Shown here piece after piece: positions 47,927 to 58,720 of a stretch of DNA of 64,000 nt (positions are counted from its first letter, which is position 1; every line of letters starts with the position of its first letter). The notes under the pieces were generated by a model, which was given only the letters and a program-made list of their open reading frames with translations, was not told the DNA's origin and made no database searches. Origin of the DNA: Limnothrix sp. BL-A-16 (GTDB lineage Bacteria; Cyanobacteriota; Cyanobacteriia; CACIAM-69d); assembly GCA_041937175.2 (NCBI GenBank), contig CP166615.1, positions 1,600,001 to 1,664,000 on the forward strand, given 5' to 3'. Both the position numbers and the translations under genes were made by a program.

Positions 47927-48850
47927 TTAAAGATCCAAATAACGCCCAGAACTGTCCTGGGGTCGGGCATGGAGATAGCGGCCTGTGGTGGCAATGCTGG
48001 CATGGCCCAGGGTGGCTTGCACCAGGTGAATCGGCGCACCCCGATCGAGGCTGTGGCTGGCGTGGGCGTGGCGCAACCAGTGGGGCGAAACATTGGCCTC
48101 AATGCCCACTCGCTGGGCTGCCGATCGCACAATTCGCATCAGTTGCGAGGGATCCAGGTGGCCCCCCTTGCGGCTCCGAAAAATCGGATCTTGGCGATGG
48201 GGCAACGGCTCGATCGACTCGCGATAGGCCTGGAGTTCTTGCCAGAGCGTTGGCGGCAGCAACACCGCGCGGGTTTTGTTGCCCTTGCCATAGACCGTCA
48301 CTTGGCCCCCATCCCCTCGGGGTTGCAAATCTCGCCAACAAAGTCCACAAAGCTCACTAGCTCGCACCCCGGCCGCATAGAGCAATCGCAACATTAATCG
48401 ATTGCGCAGTTGTGGTTCTGCCGCCAGCATTTCTTGTACTTGAGTCTCACTTAAAATTCGCTCCGAAAGAGTGTCTTTCGTACTGGGGACTTTAAAAGCC
48501 ACTGCCGGATTGTCGGGAGCCAGGCCCATTTGATGCGCAAACCGCAGCAGGGATTTAATGGCCGCGATCGAACGGCCCATGCTGCTCGGAGCCAGTCGAT
48601 CGCGCTCCAACTCATCCAAAAACCCCTGCACATCAATGGCGCTCACCTGCTCGATCGGGCAATCCACAAAAGCCAGAAACCGCAAGGCCTCCCGCTGGTA
48701 ATAGCGACGGGTGTGGCGACTTTTGCCATGGAGCCACAGGGCCAAGAGTCGTTCATGGGCTGGCGAAAGGGGCAAATCTGGGCGATCGACCCGATCGGGT
48801 TCAGGCCGTGAGCCGATCGATTTTCGAGAAGCGCCGCCCAATTTCGCCAT
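47927..48850 (-). CDS. tyrosine recombinase (XerC/D-like)
   Basis: GVRASE, GKG.KTR, HWLRH, LGH...T.RY. Confidence 0.93.
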   Translation of the reverse strand: MAKLGGASRKSIGSRPEPDRVDRPDLPLSPAHERLLALWLHGKSRHTRRYYQREALRFLAFVDCPIEQVSAIDVQGFLDELERDRLAPSSMGRSIAAIKSLLRFAHQMGLAPDNPAVAFKVPSTKDTLSERILSETQVQEMLAAEPQLRNRLMLRLLYAAGVRASELCGLCWRDLQPRGDGGQVTVYGKGNKTRAVLLPPTLWQELQAYRESIEPLPHRQDPIFRSRKGGHLDPSQLMRIVRSAAQRVGIEANVSPHWLRHAHASHSLDRGAPIHLVQATLGHASIATTGRYLHARPQDSSGRYLDL

Positions 48851-49043
48851 GAAACCTTTCCCCCAGAACCTATTCCATAATCATCATAATTGTTTAAACA
48901 GAAGTTTAAAGTCTCAAAGCCTGTCACAACCGAGTTTTAAGCGAATGTTTAGGATATTAAAAAAGCCCAAATTAATCTGCTGTTGATCTGATTGATAATC
49001 ACTCAGATCATTCGATTGATCGATGAAAATAAAGGCTACCGAT

Positions 49044-49475
49044 CAATCAAGACAAGGGGCTTAAGCCCCTTGCTCCCAGGTGATGGAAACTATGATCGAA
49101 AAATCAAGATAAAGGTTACCAATCAAGACAAGGGGCTTAAGCCCCTTGCTCCCAGGTGATGGAAACTATGATCGAAAAATCAAGATAAAGGTTACCAATC
49201 AAGACAAGGGGCTTAAGCCCCTTGCTCCCAGGTGATGGAAACTATGATCGAAAAATCAAGATAAAGGTTACCAATCAAGACAAGGGGCTTAGGGGGTGTC
49301 GTCATTTTTCAAGGTGATGCTAGAACGGTTGATCTTCTGTGTCCTAACCGTCGTAACAAGATGCTCAAGCCCCTTGTCCCTCACGATCCGCTAACGGCAG
49401 ATCTAGGGTTTCGGGTTAAACGACGACAGGCCCTAAGCCCCTTGCTCCCAGGTGATGAAAACTATGATCGAAAAA
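49044..49475. repeat. 76-bp tandem repeat x4 containing the REP; last unit split by MITE-A (49292-49433)
   Basis: REP starts at 49051, 49127, 49203, 49279; TA duplication around the MITE. Confidence 0.9.
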
Positions 49476-50121
49476 TGACCACCAAGCCCACCATAATCAT
49501 CATCACCGCCGCCACCCGATTCATCATCACCCCTAGCCGTTGGCCAAAACGCAACCTAGCACGACTCGCCAAATAGACATATCCCAATTTAACGCCACCC
49601 ACCGCCAAAGCCGCAATCGCCATCAGCAACAGAATATCCAAAGTTGTCAACCGCTTCAAATCGACAAAAGCTGGCAAAAATCCTAAATAAAACAAAACAG
49701 CCTTTTGATCACCCAAAGTAATCGCTAAACCGGTGATGAAGTGCCCCCAACTCGATGTCCGCATAGAAATAGTTTCGGTTGGCTCCAGTTCCTCCGTAGC
49801 GCTCAGGGAGTCATGGTTAATGCGCGATCGCTCCGTTGAACGCCACAACAAATAGCCGATCGTTATCAAATAAGCACCGCCCAAATACTGAACAACAGCA
49901 AAAGCATTCCCCAGCGATTCAACCAGCAGGGTTAGACCAAACACCGCCAGCAAAATCAACAGTAAATCCCCCAGAACAATGCCCAGCGTTGTCCAAGCGC
50001 CTGACCGGAACCCTCCTTGAGCTGCGGCCGCCACCACCGTGAAAACACTGACACTGGGTAATGTGGCCAGGACTGTCATTGCTCCAAAAAGTGCAATTAT
50101 GCTAGAAAATTCAAAGCTCAT
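49462..50121 (-). CDS. LysE/RhtB family translocator
   Basis: YLGGAYL..IG, L.DQKA.LFY..FLP.F. Confidence 0.9.
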   Translation of the reverse strand: MSFEFSSIIALFGAMTVLATLPSVSVFTVVAAAAQGGFRSGAWTTLGIVLGDLLLILLAVFGLTLLVESLGNAFAVVQYLGGAYLITIGYLLWRSTERSRINHDSLSATEELEPTETISMRTSSWGHFITGLAITLGDQKAVLFYLGFLPAFVDLKRLTTLDILLLMAIAALAVGGVKLGYVYLASRARLRFGQRLGVMMNRVAAVMMIMVGLVVIFRS

Positions 50122-50596
50122 TTGAGTTTTTATTTTTAAGTGATCTATTTAAGTAAATTGTTCGGATATTTATAAATTTGTTTTGTAAGGCAAATTTAAA
50201 TTTTTTAGTGAATTTTATGTAATACATAAAGTCTATTATAAAAACTTGCTTTAAAGATTTTTTAAGTACCCTTAAAGCGCTTTTATTGCACCCACTGTAA
50301 CGCAAACAGACGCGATCGCCCCTCAAAGCCAGCCTATCAGCCGCCATGATCATGATTGCGGCCTATAAATTGCGATACAAAACCACAAAGCTAAAAAACC
50401 AGCTCGGCCGCGCCGATCGCGCCGTTTCGCCCAACCGAGGCCAGTCCTCGATCGCCAACTAAGACCCCATGGGCGATTCAGAACTTGGAACAGTCCACAA
50501 GACCAGCGAAATGAGTCGTCTATGATATGCACAATCGTGCAGCGGGGCTGATGGCTAGCTCGCACGGGGTGAGGAGTTGCACCGGGTTTCAGAGCT

Positions 50597-53500
50597 ATGC
50601 AGTCGCCAGGAAATTTGCCCGATCGGGAGCCGGATCAGCCCTCCGAGCTTGAGCCATCCCCACCCAGATCGCGCCGCCCCCAAAGGAATCGAAGATCCCT
50701 GTGGCGTTGGGTGGGACGGGCGGCCGTTTTGGGGTCGATCGGGCTGGTGGCCGGGGGCCTGGGGTTTGGTTGGTACTGGCTGCACTATCGATTTTCAGAT
50801 TTTTTGTCCGCGGCCCTCAGCGATGCCCTGATGCGGCCGGTGAAGGTGGGGCCCCTGACGGGGGTGTCTCTGGGCGGGCTGACCTTTGGGGAATCGGCCC
50901 TGTTGCCCACTGACCAGGATCCTGACCAGGCGAAGGCCGGTGCGGTTGAGGCCAGGTTTGATTTTTGGTCGATCGCCCAGTTGCCCAACTTGCTAGGCGA
51001 TCGCGTCATCCCGATCACGATTACCTTTCGGGAGCCGTCGGTGTATGTGGAGCAAACCAACGACGGCAATTTATTTGAAGTGCGCTTGAAGTCGGGCCCT
51101 AAGCCACCCTTTGAGCTGCGGCCCAGTCGGTTTGAGTTCCAAAATGCCCAGGTAACCTTGGTGCCTGCGCCGGCCTTGGTCAATCGACCCCGGCGATCGG
51201 CCCCGCCATTGCCCGTGAAGATCGTGGCTTCCGGTTCGGCGGATTTGGAGCAGTGGCGTGCTGGTCAGCCGGAATTGGCGAGGTTTTCGGTGTTGGGAAC
51301 CGTGGGGCAAGGGCGGCCCGGACAGTTTGACCTCAAAGGAGAGTTCAAAATTCCGACCCAGGAGTTGGCGGTGCGATCGCGCCTGCAAAACCTGGATGTG
51401 ACTGGATTAGCCCAGGCCATGCCCGCCCCGATGACGATCGAGCGGGGACGGGTGGATGGGGTGACCGATGGGCGATATCAATTGGGAACGGGCATTCCGG
51501 CACTTCAGGGCACGCTGCAACTGCGAGATTGGCGAATCACTAGCCCCCTCGTGCCCAAGCCCATGGCCCTGGCCACAGGGCGGTTGCGGTTGCGGGGGCC
51601 TGTTGTGACGCTGGATCAGGCCCAAGGTCAATATGGATCCTTGCAGGCGATCGCGAATGGGCCGGTGGATTTTTCAGGAACAGTGTTGAATCTGCAAAAT
51701 CCCCTAAAAACCACCCTGGAAGCTGAATATGATCTGACGTTGCGGGCGGAGGCATTGCGGCCGGCGGATGTGGCAACCACGCTCGATCAGACCTTGCCGC
51801 TCCCGATCGTGGGGCCAATGGAGGTGAATGCAAGGCTACGGGGAACGCTCGATCGCCCGCAAATTACCGGCAATTTCGTCTCGGTGGGCGGCTTACGGGT
51901 CGATCGCCTGGCCCTTCGGCGCGTTCAGGGCAATTTCTCCGCGATCGGCCAAGGATCGGAACCGCCCCAAAATTCTCCCCTGCGCCTGTTTGAAAATTGG
52001 CAAAGTCGGTTAGTGCGGGCCTTTCCCCTGGCGGCTCGGCTCGATCGGCTGCGCGTTGAACCAACGGCCGGGGGCACAATCACCGCCGATGGCTCGGCTC
52101 GTTTGTTGGCGAATGGGGCCTTGGATCGGTTGGGGATCGATCGGCTGTCGGCCGATTGGCGGGTTCAGAATCTGCCCCTGGCCCCGATCGCTCAAACCTA
52201 TGGCCTGAATTTACCCCAGGATCCGGGGCCGGTCTCCGTCACGGGGCGATCGCGCGGCAACCTAACCGCGCTGGACACAGAAGCCCGCACGGAACTGCTG
52301 GGCGGGCAAATCACAACGGCGGTGCAACTGCGCGATCGGGCTTGGGCTGGTTCAGCCCGGCTGCAAAATCTGCAAGTGGGGCAGGTGATTCCGCAACTCT
52401 CGGGCCAATTGACCGCCACGGCCCAAGCCCGGGGCACGTTGGATCGTCCCTTGGCCGGTTTGGCTGTGCAGGCGGCGGGCAACTTCCAGAATTTGGCCGG
52501 CGGCAAGCTGGATTGGGCCGCCCGGGCCACGGGCGATCGCTGGCAATTACAAACCCAGTTGGCGGGCATTCAGTTGGCGCGGATTGTACCCCAAGCCACC
52601 GGCCAACTCAGCAGCCAAGTCACGGCCCAAGGAACCGTGGCCGGCCTGTTGGCCCGCAATCCTGCTTCGATCGCGGCCCAAGTCACGGGGCAACTGCGGC
52701 CGGGCGATCGCTCCAGTTTGTTGACCGTTGCCCAGGCCAATTACCTCAACCAACGGCTGCCGATCGACTTTGCGGCCCGTTGGGATGGGCAAGCGATTCG
52801 GCTCGATCGGGCCGTGGGGCCCGGATTGCGGGCCGAAGGCTCCTTGTTTCCCTCCATTCCCCCACAACTGGCCGGCTTGCCCACCCTCCGCCATTTGGAT
52901 TTGCAAGTGGCGGTGCAAAACGTCAACTTGGAACCCTTACCCGGCTTGGTTCCCGATCTGATCCCGGCTGGGGTGCGGGATGCGTTTCGCGATCGGCCCC
53001 TGCTGGCGGGGCGGGCGAATTTTACCGGCCAGATCAATGGCCCCCTGGCCGGCTTACGGGCGATCGGGACGGCCAACCTGGTGGGCTTGGAAGCGGCGGG
53101 CGCAAATTTTAATCTGCTGATGAGCGGGCCCGTGGACGTGAGCTTGAATCGGGGATTGTCGATCGACCTGCGGGGCGAGTCCGATCGCCTGGCTCTGCGA
53201 CTCGATCGACAATTTCTACCCACCAGCCTTGATTTGCAATGGCAAGGGGCCACCGCCACCGGCCGCCGTCAAGGGCGAGATTTCTTGGCCGAGCTGGCAA
53301 ATTTGCAATTGGAGCGATTGCGTTGGCCCGCGGCCCTCACGGAACCGGCCGGCATTCCCCGAGGGACGATCGCCGCCCAAGCACGCTTGAACCTCGATCG
53401 CTTCACCGCCCAGGGTCAAATCAGCGCCGAACAACCGGGCGTGGGGGTGGCCTTTGGCGATCGATTCACTGGCCTGTTTGGGTATGCCAACAACCGCGCC

Positions 53501-55867
53501 GTGCTGACCGATGGCAAATTAATTCAAGGGGACAGTGAATATCTCGTGGGCGCGGAATTGGTGGTGGCCGCTGATCCGCGCTTCAAGGGCCAGGTACAAG
53601 CTCGCAACGGCAAGCTGGAAACCCTGATTCGGATCCTGCAACTAACGGATTTTGAATCCGCGGCCCAATGGGCCAAAAACCTGCGGCCGCCCACCTATGC
53701 CGCCGCTGCCCAGGTGGTTCCCTTGGCGGTGGAGGTGGCAGATCAACCCCTTGCCCAACAGTTGCGGAAGTTGGCGGAAATCAAGGCCCTGCTGAACCAG
53801 TCGATCGCCGATCGCTGCAATGCCAGCCCGATCGCCAATCTCGATCGCATCCGGGGCGGGTTTGGGGCCAATCTCACCTTCAACGGCAGCGTGCAAACGG
53901 GCATTGCCGCCAAGTTCAATCTCTCGGGTCGCGACTGGAGTTGGTTACCAGAAGAGGCCTGTAGCTTGGCTCAAGTGGCCCTGAATGCGGATCAGGTGGA
54001 TATTCGCGGCGACTTCCAAGACAACACCCTCACCCTGGCTCCCCTGGAATTTCGCCGCAACGATATCCTGCTGGCCTTTGCGGGGCAAATTGGCAAAACC
54101 CAATCGGGTCAATTTCAGCTCACCAACTTTCCCGCCGAATCCCTGGAAAGTATTCCCCAAGTGCGCGAACTTTACGGCCGCACCGGTTTGCCCCGCCTCA
54201 GTGGCCGGGTGAATATCACGGCGGCTCTGGCCGGCACGATCGACGATCCAAGGGCCGTGGGGCAAGTGGTGCTCAACAGCGGCAAACTGAACAACACCCC
54301 GATCGAAACGGCCACCAGCAACTTTAACTATGCCCAAGCGCGGCTAAATTTCAGCAGCGCCGTGGCGGTTCAAGGCAGCCAAGACAAGGATCCGATTGCG
54401 ATCACCGGCAGCATTCCCCAAAAGCTTCCCTTCGCCAAGGTGGAACCGGACAACAACAGCCTGCGCCTGAATGCCGAACTGGAAGATAAGGAACTGGGGT
54501 TGGCGAGCTTGCTCATTCCACAGTTCCAATGGCTGGGCGGTCAGGGGCGTGTGCGGCTGAGTGTGGGCGGAACCTTGGCCCAACCGCAGGCCACCGGAGA
54601 AGCCCAGTTTGCCAACGCGGCGATCGGGCTGCAGGGTCTCTCCCAAACCGTCACCAACATCAACGGCCAAGCCACTTTCACGGGCGATCGACTGGTGGTG
54701 AACGGCATCAACGGAGCCTTTGGCCAGGGGCAAATTCGGATGGGGGGCATCTTGCCCATTGCCGATACCAAGGCCCTCGGGCCCAATGATTCCCCCCTGA
54801 ACGTAGCGTTGGATCAATTGCAGCTTAATGTGCGGGATCTCTACGAAGGAGGCGTGAACGGCCAAATCAGCATCACGGGCACGGCCCTCAAGCCGATCGT
54901 GGGCGGCAGCCTGGGTCTGGTCAATGGTCGGGTGATCTTGCCCACGGATCCGGCGGCCCTGATGGCCAGCGCACCCAATGCCGCCACCGTGGGGATTACG
55001 CCTCGCTTCCAAAACCTGCAAGTGAACTTGGGCCGGGGTCTGCAAATTTTGAAATTGCCCGTGTTGAATTTTCTGGCGGAGGGGGGCTTGGAGCTGAACG
55101 GAACCTTGGCCGATCCGCGCCCCAGCGGCCGCATTCGACTGCAACGGGGCTTAATTAACCTGTTCACCACGCAATTCACCCTGGAGCGCGGCGAACCTCA
55201 ATTTGCGGAATTTCGTCCCCGATCGGGTCTGGATCCCTACCTGGATGTGAAGATGGTGGCCTTTGTGCCCGACTCCAGCCGCAACCCCCTGCAAACGGAC
55301 AACACCAGCGGCTTCAACCCCGCCGAAATTCGAGAAAGTGTGGTTGGATCCATGGGTTCCGCTCGCACCGTTCGGATTAAGGCCACCGTCCAAGGTCGCG
55401 CCAGCCAACTGCTCGATCAAATTCGCCTCACCAGTCGGCCCGCCCGCAGCGAGGCGCAAATTTTGGCCCTGATTGGTGGCAGCTTAATTAATACCTTTGA
55501 CGATCGCAGCGGTGGGGCCGTGGTGCTGGCTAACTTGGCCGGCGCTGGGTTGCTCAACAACATTCAAACCAACATTGCCACCGCGATCGGGCTGACGGAT
55601 TTTCGGATTTATCCCACCACCGTCACTGCTCGGCCCCGGGGCGATAATAACCGGAACGATCGAGCCACCGCCCTGGGTCTCGGCATTGAAGCGGGCGTTG
55701 ATTTGAATAACAATCTCTCCGTTTCGATCGCTCAGATCATCTCGGAGATTAACAACACCACCCGTCTCAATCTGGACTATCGCCTCAACGACGACACCGT
55801 AATTCGCGGCTCCACAGACTTTGCGGGCGAGTCGCGTCTTTCGGTGCAATTCGAGCGCCGCTTTTAG
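50597..55867 (+). CDS. tamB: translocation/assembly module TamB (DUF490)
   Basis: 1756 aa, N-terminal TM anchor, beta-rich repeats, C-terminal DP.LD...L.S.P...EQIL and terminal RF. Confidence 0.88.
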   Translation: MQSPGNLPDREPDQPSELEPSPPRSRRPQRNRRSLWRWVGRAAVLGSIGLVAGGLGFGWYWLHYRFSDFLSAALSDALMRPVKVGPLTGVSLGGLTFGESALLPTDQDPDQAKAGAVEARFDFWSIAQLPNLLGDRVIPITITFREPSVYVEQTNDGNLFEVRLKSGPKPPFELRPSRFEFQNAQVTLVPAPALVNRPRRSAPPLPVKIVASGSADLEQWRAGQPELARFSVLGTVGQGRPGQFDLKGEFKIPTQELAVRSRLQNLDVTGLAQAMPAPMTIERGRVDGVTDGRYQLGTGIPALQGTLQLRDWRITSPLVPKPMALATGRLRLRGPVVTLDQAQGQYGSLQAIANGPVDFSGTVLNLQNPLKTTLEAEYDLTLRAEALRPADVATTLDQTLPLPIVGPMEVNARLRGTLDRPQITGNFVSVGGLRVDRLALRRVQGNFSAIGQGSEPPQNSPLRLFENWQSRLVRAFPLAARLDRLRVEPTAGGTITADGSARLLANGALDRLGIDRLSADWRVQNLPLAPIAQTYGLNLPQDPGPVSVTGRSRGNLTALDTEARTELLGGQITTAVQLRDRAWAGSARLQNLQVGQVIPQLSGQLTATAQARGTLDRPLAGLAVQAAGNFQNLAGGKLDWAARATGDRWQLQTQLAGIQLARIVPQATGQLSSQVTAQGTVAGLLARNPASIAAQVTGQLRPGDRSSLLTVAQANYLNQRLPIDFAARWDGQAIRLDRAVGPGLRAEGSLFPSIPPQLAGLPTLRHLDLQVAVQNVNLEPLPGLVPDLIPAGVRDAFRDRPLLAGRANFTGQINGPLAGLRAIGTANLVGLEAAGANFNLLMSGPVDVSLNRGLSIDLRGESDRLALRLDRQFLPTSLDLQWQGATATGRRQGRDFLAELANLQLERLRWPAALTEPAGIPRGTIAAQARLNLDRFTAQGQISAEQPGVGVAFGDRFTGLFGYANNRAVLTDGKLIQGDSEYLVGAELVVAADPRFKGQVQARNGKLETLIRILQLTDFESAAQWAKNLRPPTYAAAAQVVPLAVEVADQPLAQQLRKLAEIKALLNQSIADRCNASPIANLDRIRGGFGANLTFNGSVQTGIAAKFNLSGRDWSWLPEEACSLAQVALNADQVDIRGDFQDNTLTLAPLEFRRNDILLAFAGQIGKTQSGQFQLTNFPAESLESIPQVRELYGRTGLPRLSGRVNITAALAGTIDDPRAVGQVVLNSGKLNNTPIETATSNFNYAQARLNFSSAVAVQGSQDKDPIAITGSIPQKLPFAKVEPDNNSLRLNAELEDKELGLASLLIPQFQWLGGQGRVRLSVGGTLAQPQATGEAQFANAAIGLQGLSQTVTNINGQATFTGDRLVVNGINGAFGQGQIRMGGILPIADTKALGPNDSPLNVALDQLQLNVRDLYEGGVNGQISITGTALKPIVGGSLGLVNGRVILPTDPAALMASAPNAATVGITPRFQNLQVNLGRGLQILKLPVLNFLAEGGLELNGTLADPRPSGRIRLQRGLINLFTTQFTLERGEPQFAEFRPRSGLDPYLDVKMVAFVPDSSRNPLQTDNTSGFNPAEIRESVVGSMGSARTVRIKATVQGRASQLLDQIRLTSRPARSEAQILALIGGSLINTFDDRSGGAVVLANLAGAGLLNNIQTNIATAIGLTDFRIYPTTVTARPRGDNNRNDRATALGLGIEAGVDLNNNLSVSIAQIISEINNTTRLNLDYRLNDDTVIRGSTDFAGESRLSVQFERRF

Positions 55868-55960
55868 GGGGCTAGTCCAGTCCCTAGCAATCAGCCATAG
55901 CCGATTTGTCTGCGCATTTATCTATCGAACTCTTGCCCAACCCCTGCCAAACTCTCACCA

Positions 55961-56063
55961 GACAAGGGGCTTAAGCCCCTTGTCTCCACCATTTCAGCCC
56001 TTTGTCTCCACCATTTCAGCCCCTTGTCTCCGCCATCTCAGACCTTTGTCTCCGCCATCTCAG
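55961..56063. repeat. REP palindrome followed by 22-bp tandem repeat x4
   Basis: cc(c/t)ttgtctcc(a/g)ccat(t/c)tcag units at 55976, 55998, 56020, 56042. Confidence 0.85.
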
Positions 56064-56101
56064 ACCTCTCAGGCCTTTGTTCCCAGAATCTTGCAGCGCA
56101 C

Positions 56102-57067
56102 CTAGCGAGCTGCCGCCGCCAGATAGCGGGCAATTTCCATCAGTTGATCCTTGGGAAACGTGGAAATCAGAATCCGAGCAGCACCCTTGGGATCCCGGGG
56201 AATGCTGACTTGTCCATTGGCCGGGGCTGGGGCCGGAGTAGCGGCCGGAGCGGCTGGGGTCGCGGCGGGAGCGGCCGCAGCGGCTGCGGCGGCCGGTGGA
56301 GCAAATTTTTGGAGTTCTGGGCCCAGGGTGATGCTGTGGCCTTTGCCCCCGGCCATTAACTCAGTGGCCTGTTTCAGCTCCCGCACCACGATCGGGGCGA
56401 TCGCATTGAAGGGCACTTTGGGATGGGCGATCGCCCGGCGGGTGGCTTGGATCAGGGTTTGCCAAGTGGCATAGCCATCACCCAATTGCAGCAGCTTTTG
56501 ACAGAGGCGATCGAGCTGTGCGCGCAACTCCGGCGTGGCCGGCTGCCTAAACAGCACCACCATTTGCTTCAGCGCTTCCATCACCAACGGGCCAAAATTG
56601 GCCGGCAGTGGCTTAGCCGCCGTCGCAGGCGCTGGGGCAGGTGTTTCCGGTTCGCCCGCTGCCCGCTTCTTAATTCGCGCGTACAAAGCTTCCAGAGATG
56701 GGCGCAGACTGTCCACGGCCGGAACCGCTTGATCATCGCTGTAGTTGCCGCTCTCCAGGGCCCGGGTCAATTTCTCCAAAAGGGCAATGCCATTTGTGAA
56801 ATCTCCGTGATCCTTAGCATCTAACTTGATAGGGTTCTCGCGCAGGAATTTAAAACAGTTTTCAAGCAACAAAGCCAGGTGGCGCATTCCCTCAAAGCCA
56901 AGCATGGCCGCACTGCCCTTAATGGTGTGGGCGGCTCGGTAGATGGTGTTGCACTCCTCATATTCTTCGATGACTGCTTGCAAGTTCCCCAGGGCCGCCT
57001 GCATCGCCTCCAGATGCTCATTGGCTTCCATGATGAAGTACTTGACAACTTGTTCGTTACCACTCAC
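56102..57067 (-). CDS. Hpt (CheA P1-like) phosphotransfer protein
   Basis: YFIMEA.EHL, YRAAHTIKGSAAMLG; start uncertain. Confidence 0.85.
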   Translation of the reverse strand: MSGNEQVVKYFIMEANEHLEAMQAALGNLQAVIEEYEECNTIYRAAHTIKGSAAMLGFEGMRHLALLLENCFKFLRENPIKLDAKDHGDFTNGIALLEKLTRALESGNYSDDQAVPAVDSLRPSLEALYARIKKRAAGEPETPAPAPATAAKPLPANFGPLVMEALKQMVVLFRQPATPELRAQLDRLCQKLLQLGDGYATWQTLIQATRRAIAHPKVPFNAIAPIVVRELKQATELMAGGKGHSITLGPELQKFAPPAAAAAAAAPAATPAAPAATPAPAPANGQVSIPRDPKGAARILISTFPKDQLMEIARYLAAAAR

Positions 57068-57169
57068 GGGCGGCACTCCTCGCGACGACAGGACGGAAGC
57101 AGCGGCCGGACTAGGATCTGAGGCAATCAAAAGGGGGGCAAAACCCCTGGAAGATGTGATGCCACTGAA

Positions 57170-58396
57170 CTAGCCCGCGTTGGTTGGCACGGCTGGGGAA
57201 TAGCTACGCCCGCGCCACTGCGTCGGCGTTTGCACCGATGATAGCCCAATTCTCAGGGCGGCCAAGGGATCCGCCAAGGGCGACAAGAAGAAAAGCCAGG
57301 GAAGCTTTGCGCCGCTGAGGTTATAGGACGGTGCGATCGCCCAATTTAAGGCAAATCGGATGAGCAACAGCGCCAGATTCAGGCCCCAGGCGGCGGTTAC
57401 CAACCAGGAAGCACTGGCACAGGCCGGCTCGAATAATAACAATACCAAGGGTAAGGGCAAGCCCTGCACTGCTAACAAAAAGAGACAATCCCCCAGGGTT
57501 TGGGCCCGAGGGCTGGCATCCTTAAGATCGAGCGATCGGCCCCACTCTCTCCAGGTTTCGGCGGCCCCTTCATACATGCGCACCTCGATCAGCTTGCCCC
57601 CATCCAAAAAGCCCACCTTCATCCCTTGGACCGCCGCCGCCCGCGCCAGGGTCACATCATCACAAAAAGACCCCCGAGCGCTGCTATAGCCGCCCAAGTC
57701 CACGAGCCGATCGCGCCGCACCAAAAAGCATTGACCATTGGCCATGGTGCGAGTGGGCCCCCCGATCGAGCTGCCCGCCGGCCCAAACCGATACACCAGC
57801 GTCATCAACAGGGCCGGTTGCAAAATCAGCTCACCGGGGGTTTGCAGCAAAAAGCGCGGCGAAAAAGAAACCAGGTCATAGCCCCCCGCTTCGGCCGCCG
57901 CGATCGCCGCCGACACCAAGCCTGCCTTGGGCCTCGTATCCGCATCAATCCCTAAAATCCAACGACTTTGTTCGTTGCTGTGGCGAAATCCTGTGTGCAA
58001 CGCCCAGGGCCGCCCCACCCAATCCCCCGGCAAGGGATCATCCGGCAACAATCGCAGGCGGGGATCTTGGCGGCCGGCGGCCTTCACCAGTTCCGGCGTG
58101 CCATCGGTGGAGTCGCTGTCAATCACCAAAATTTCCCGCACCTCGTAGCCCTGAAGCCCCAAGCCCGTTAGGCAGGGCCCCAGCCTGGCCGCCTCGTTCA
58201 GGGTGGGCACCAGGATGCTGACGGAACCAAGCTGGTCGTGGGTGGTGTCCCTGGGTTGCAGGGGCTGTTGGCGACCGGGGCCTTGCATTAACCGAGCCAA
58301 CAAAATGGCAACGGCCGGAAGCTGCACCAATAACAACCCAAGGGCGATCGCCCCCCAAACTACCGCTCCGGTCTCAGTTTCCGCTCCGGTCACCAT
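57170..58396 (-). CDS. cruG: carotenoid 2'-O-glycosyltransferase
   Basis: GT2 motifs (DADT, ANGQC, FCDDVTLAR); adjacent to cruF. Confidence 0.88.
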   Translation of the reverse strand: MVTGAETETGAVVWGAIALGLLLVQLPAVAILLARLMQGPGRQQPLQPRDTTHDQLGSVSILVPTLNEAARLGPCLTGLGLQGYEVREILVIDSDSTDGTPELVKAAGRQDPRLRLLPDDPLPGDWVGRPWALHTGFRHSNEQSRWILGIDADTRPKAGLVSAAIAAAEAGGYDLVSFSPRFLLQTPGELILQPALLMTLVYRFGPAGSSIGGPTRTMANGQCFLVRRDRLVDLGGYSSARGSFCDDVTLARAAAVQGMKVGFLDGGKLIEVRMYEGAAETWREWGRSLDLKDASPRAQTLGDCLFLLAVQGLPLPLVLLLFEPACASASWLVTAAWGLNLALLLIRFALNWAIAPSYNLSGAKLPWLFFLSPLADPLAALRIGLSSVQTPTQWRGRSYSPAVPTNAG

Positions 58397-58720
58397 GCTG
58401 CTGTTCTCCAGTGGGATTGATCGCAAAGGGCGATCGAAACAAGGCGCAATATCAAGCGCAATATAAGGCGAAATTCGTCAGCCCAAGGCATTCGTGAACA
58501 CCCGTCAGGCTCTCAACGTGAATTTTACAGGGGGCTTGCGGCCAATTGGAGCTTGCATCCCTGGCTGAATGGTTTGCTGAACCTCTGGTTGGATTTCTGG
58601 CTGAATGCTTCGCTGAACAACAACCCCCCGCACCCGCTCAGAGGGGATTGGGGGGAAAGATTGGAGTTATGGTGCGATCGGCCAAAAGCGGCCAAGCTCC
58701 CGTTCGTTACTGAGCAACCA

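Noticed and set aside
49044..49290. CRISPR-like array of palindromic repeats
   Set aside because: The intervening sequences are identical (pure 76-bp tandem repeat) and there are no cas genes in the window.
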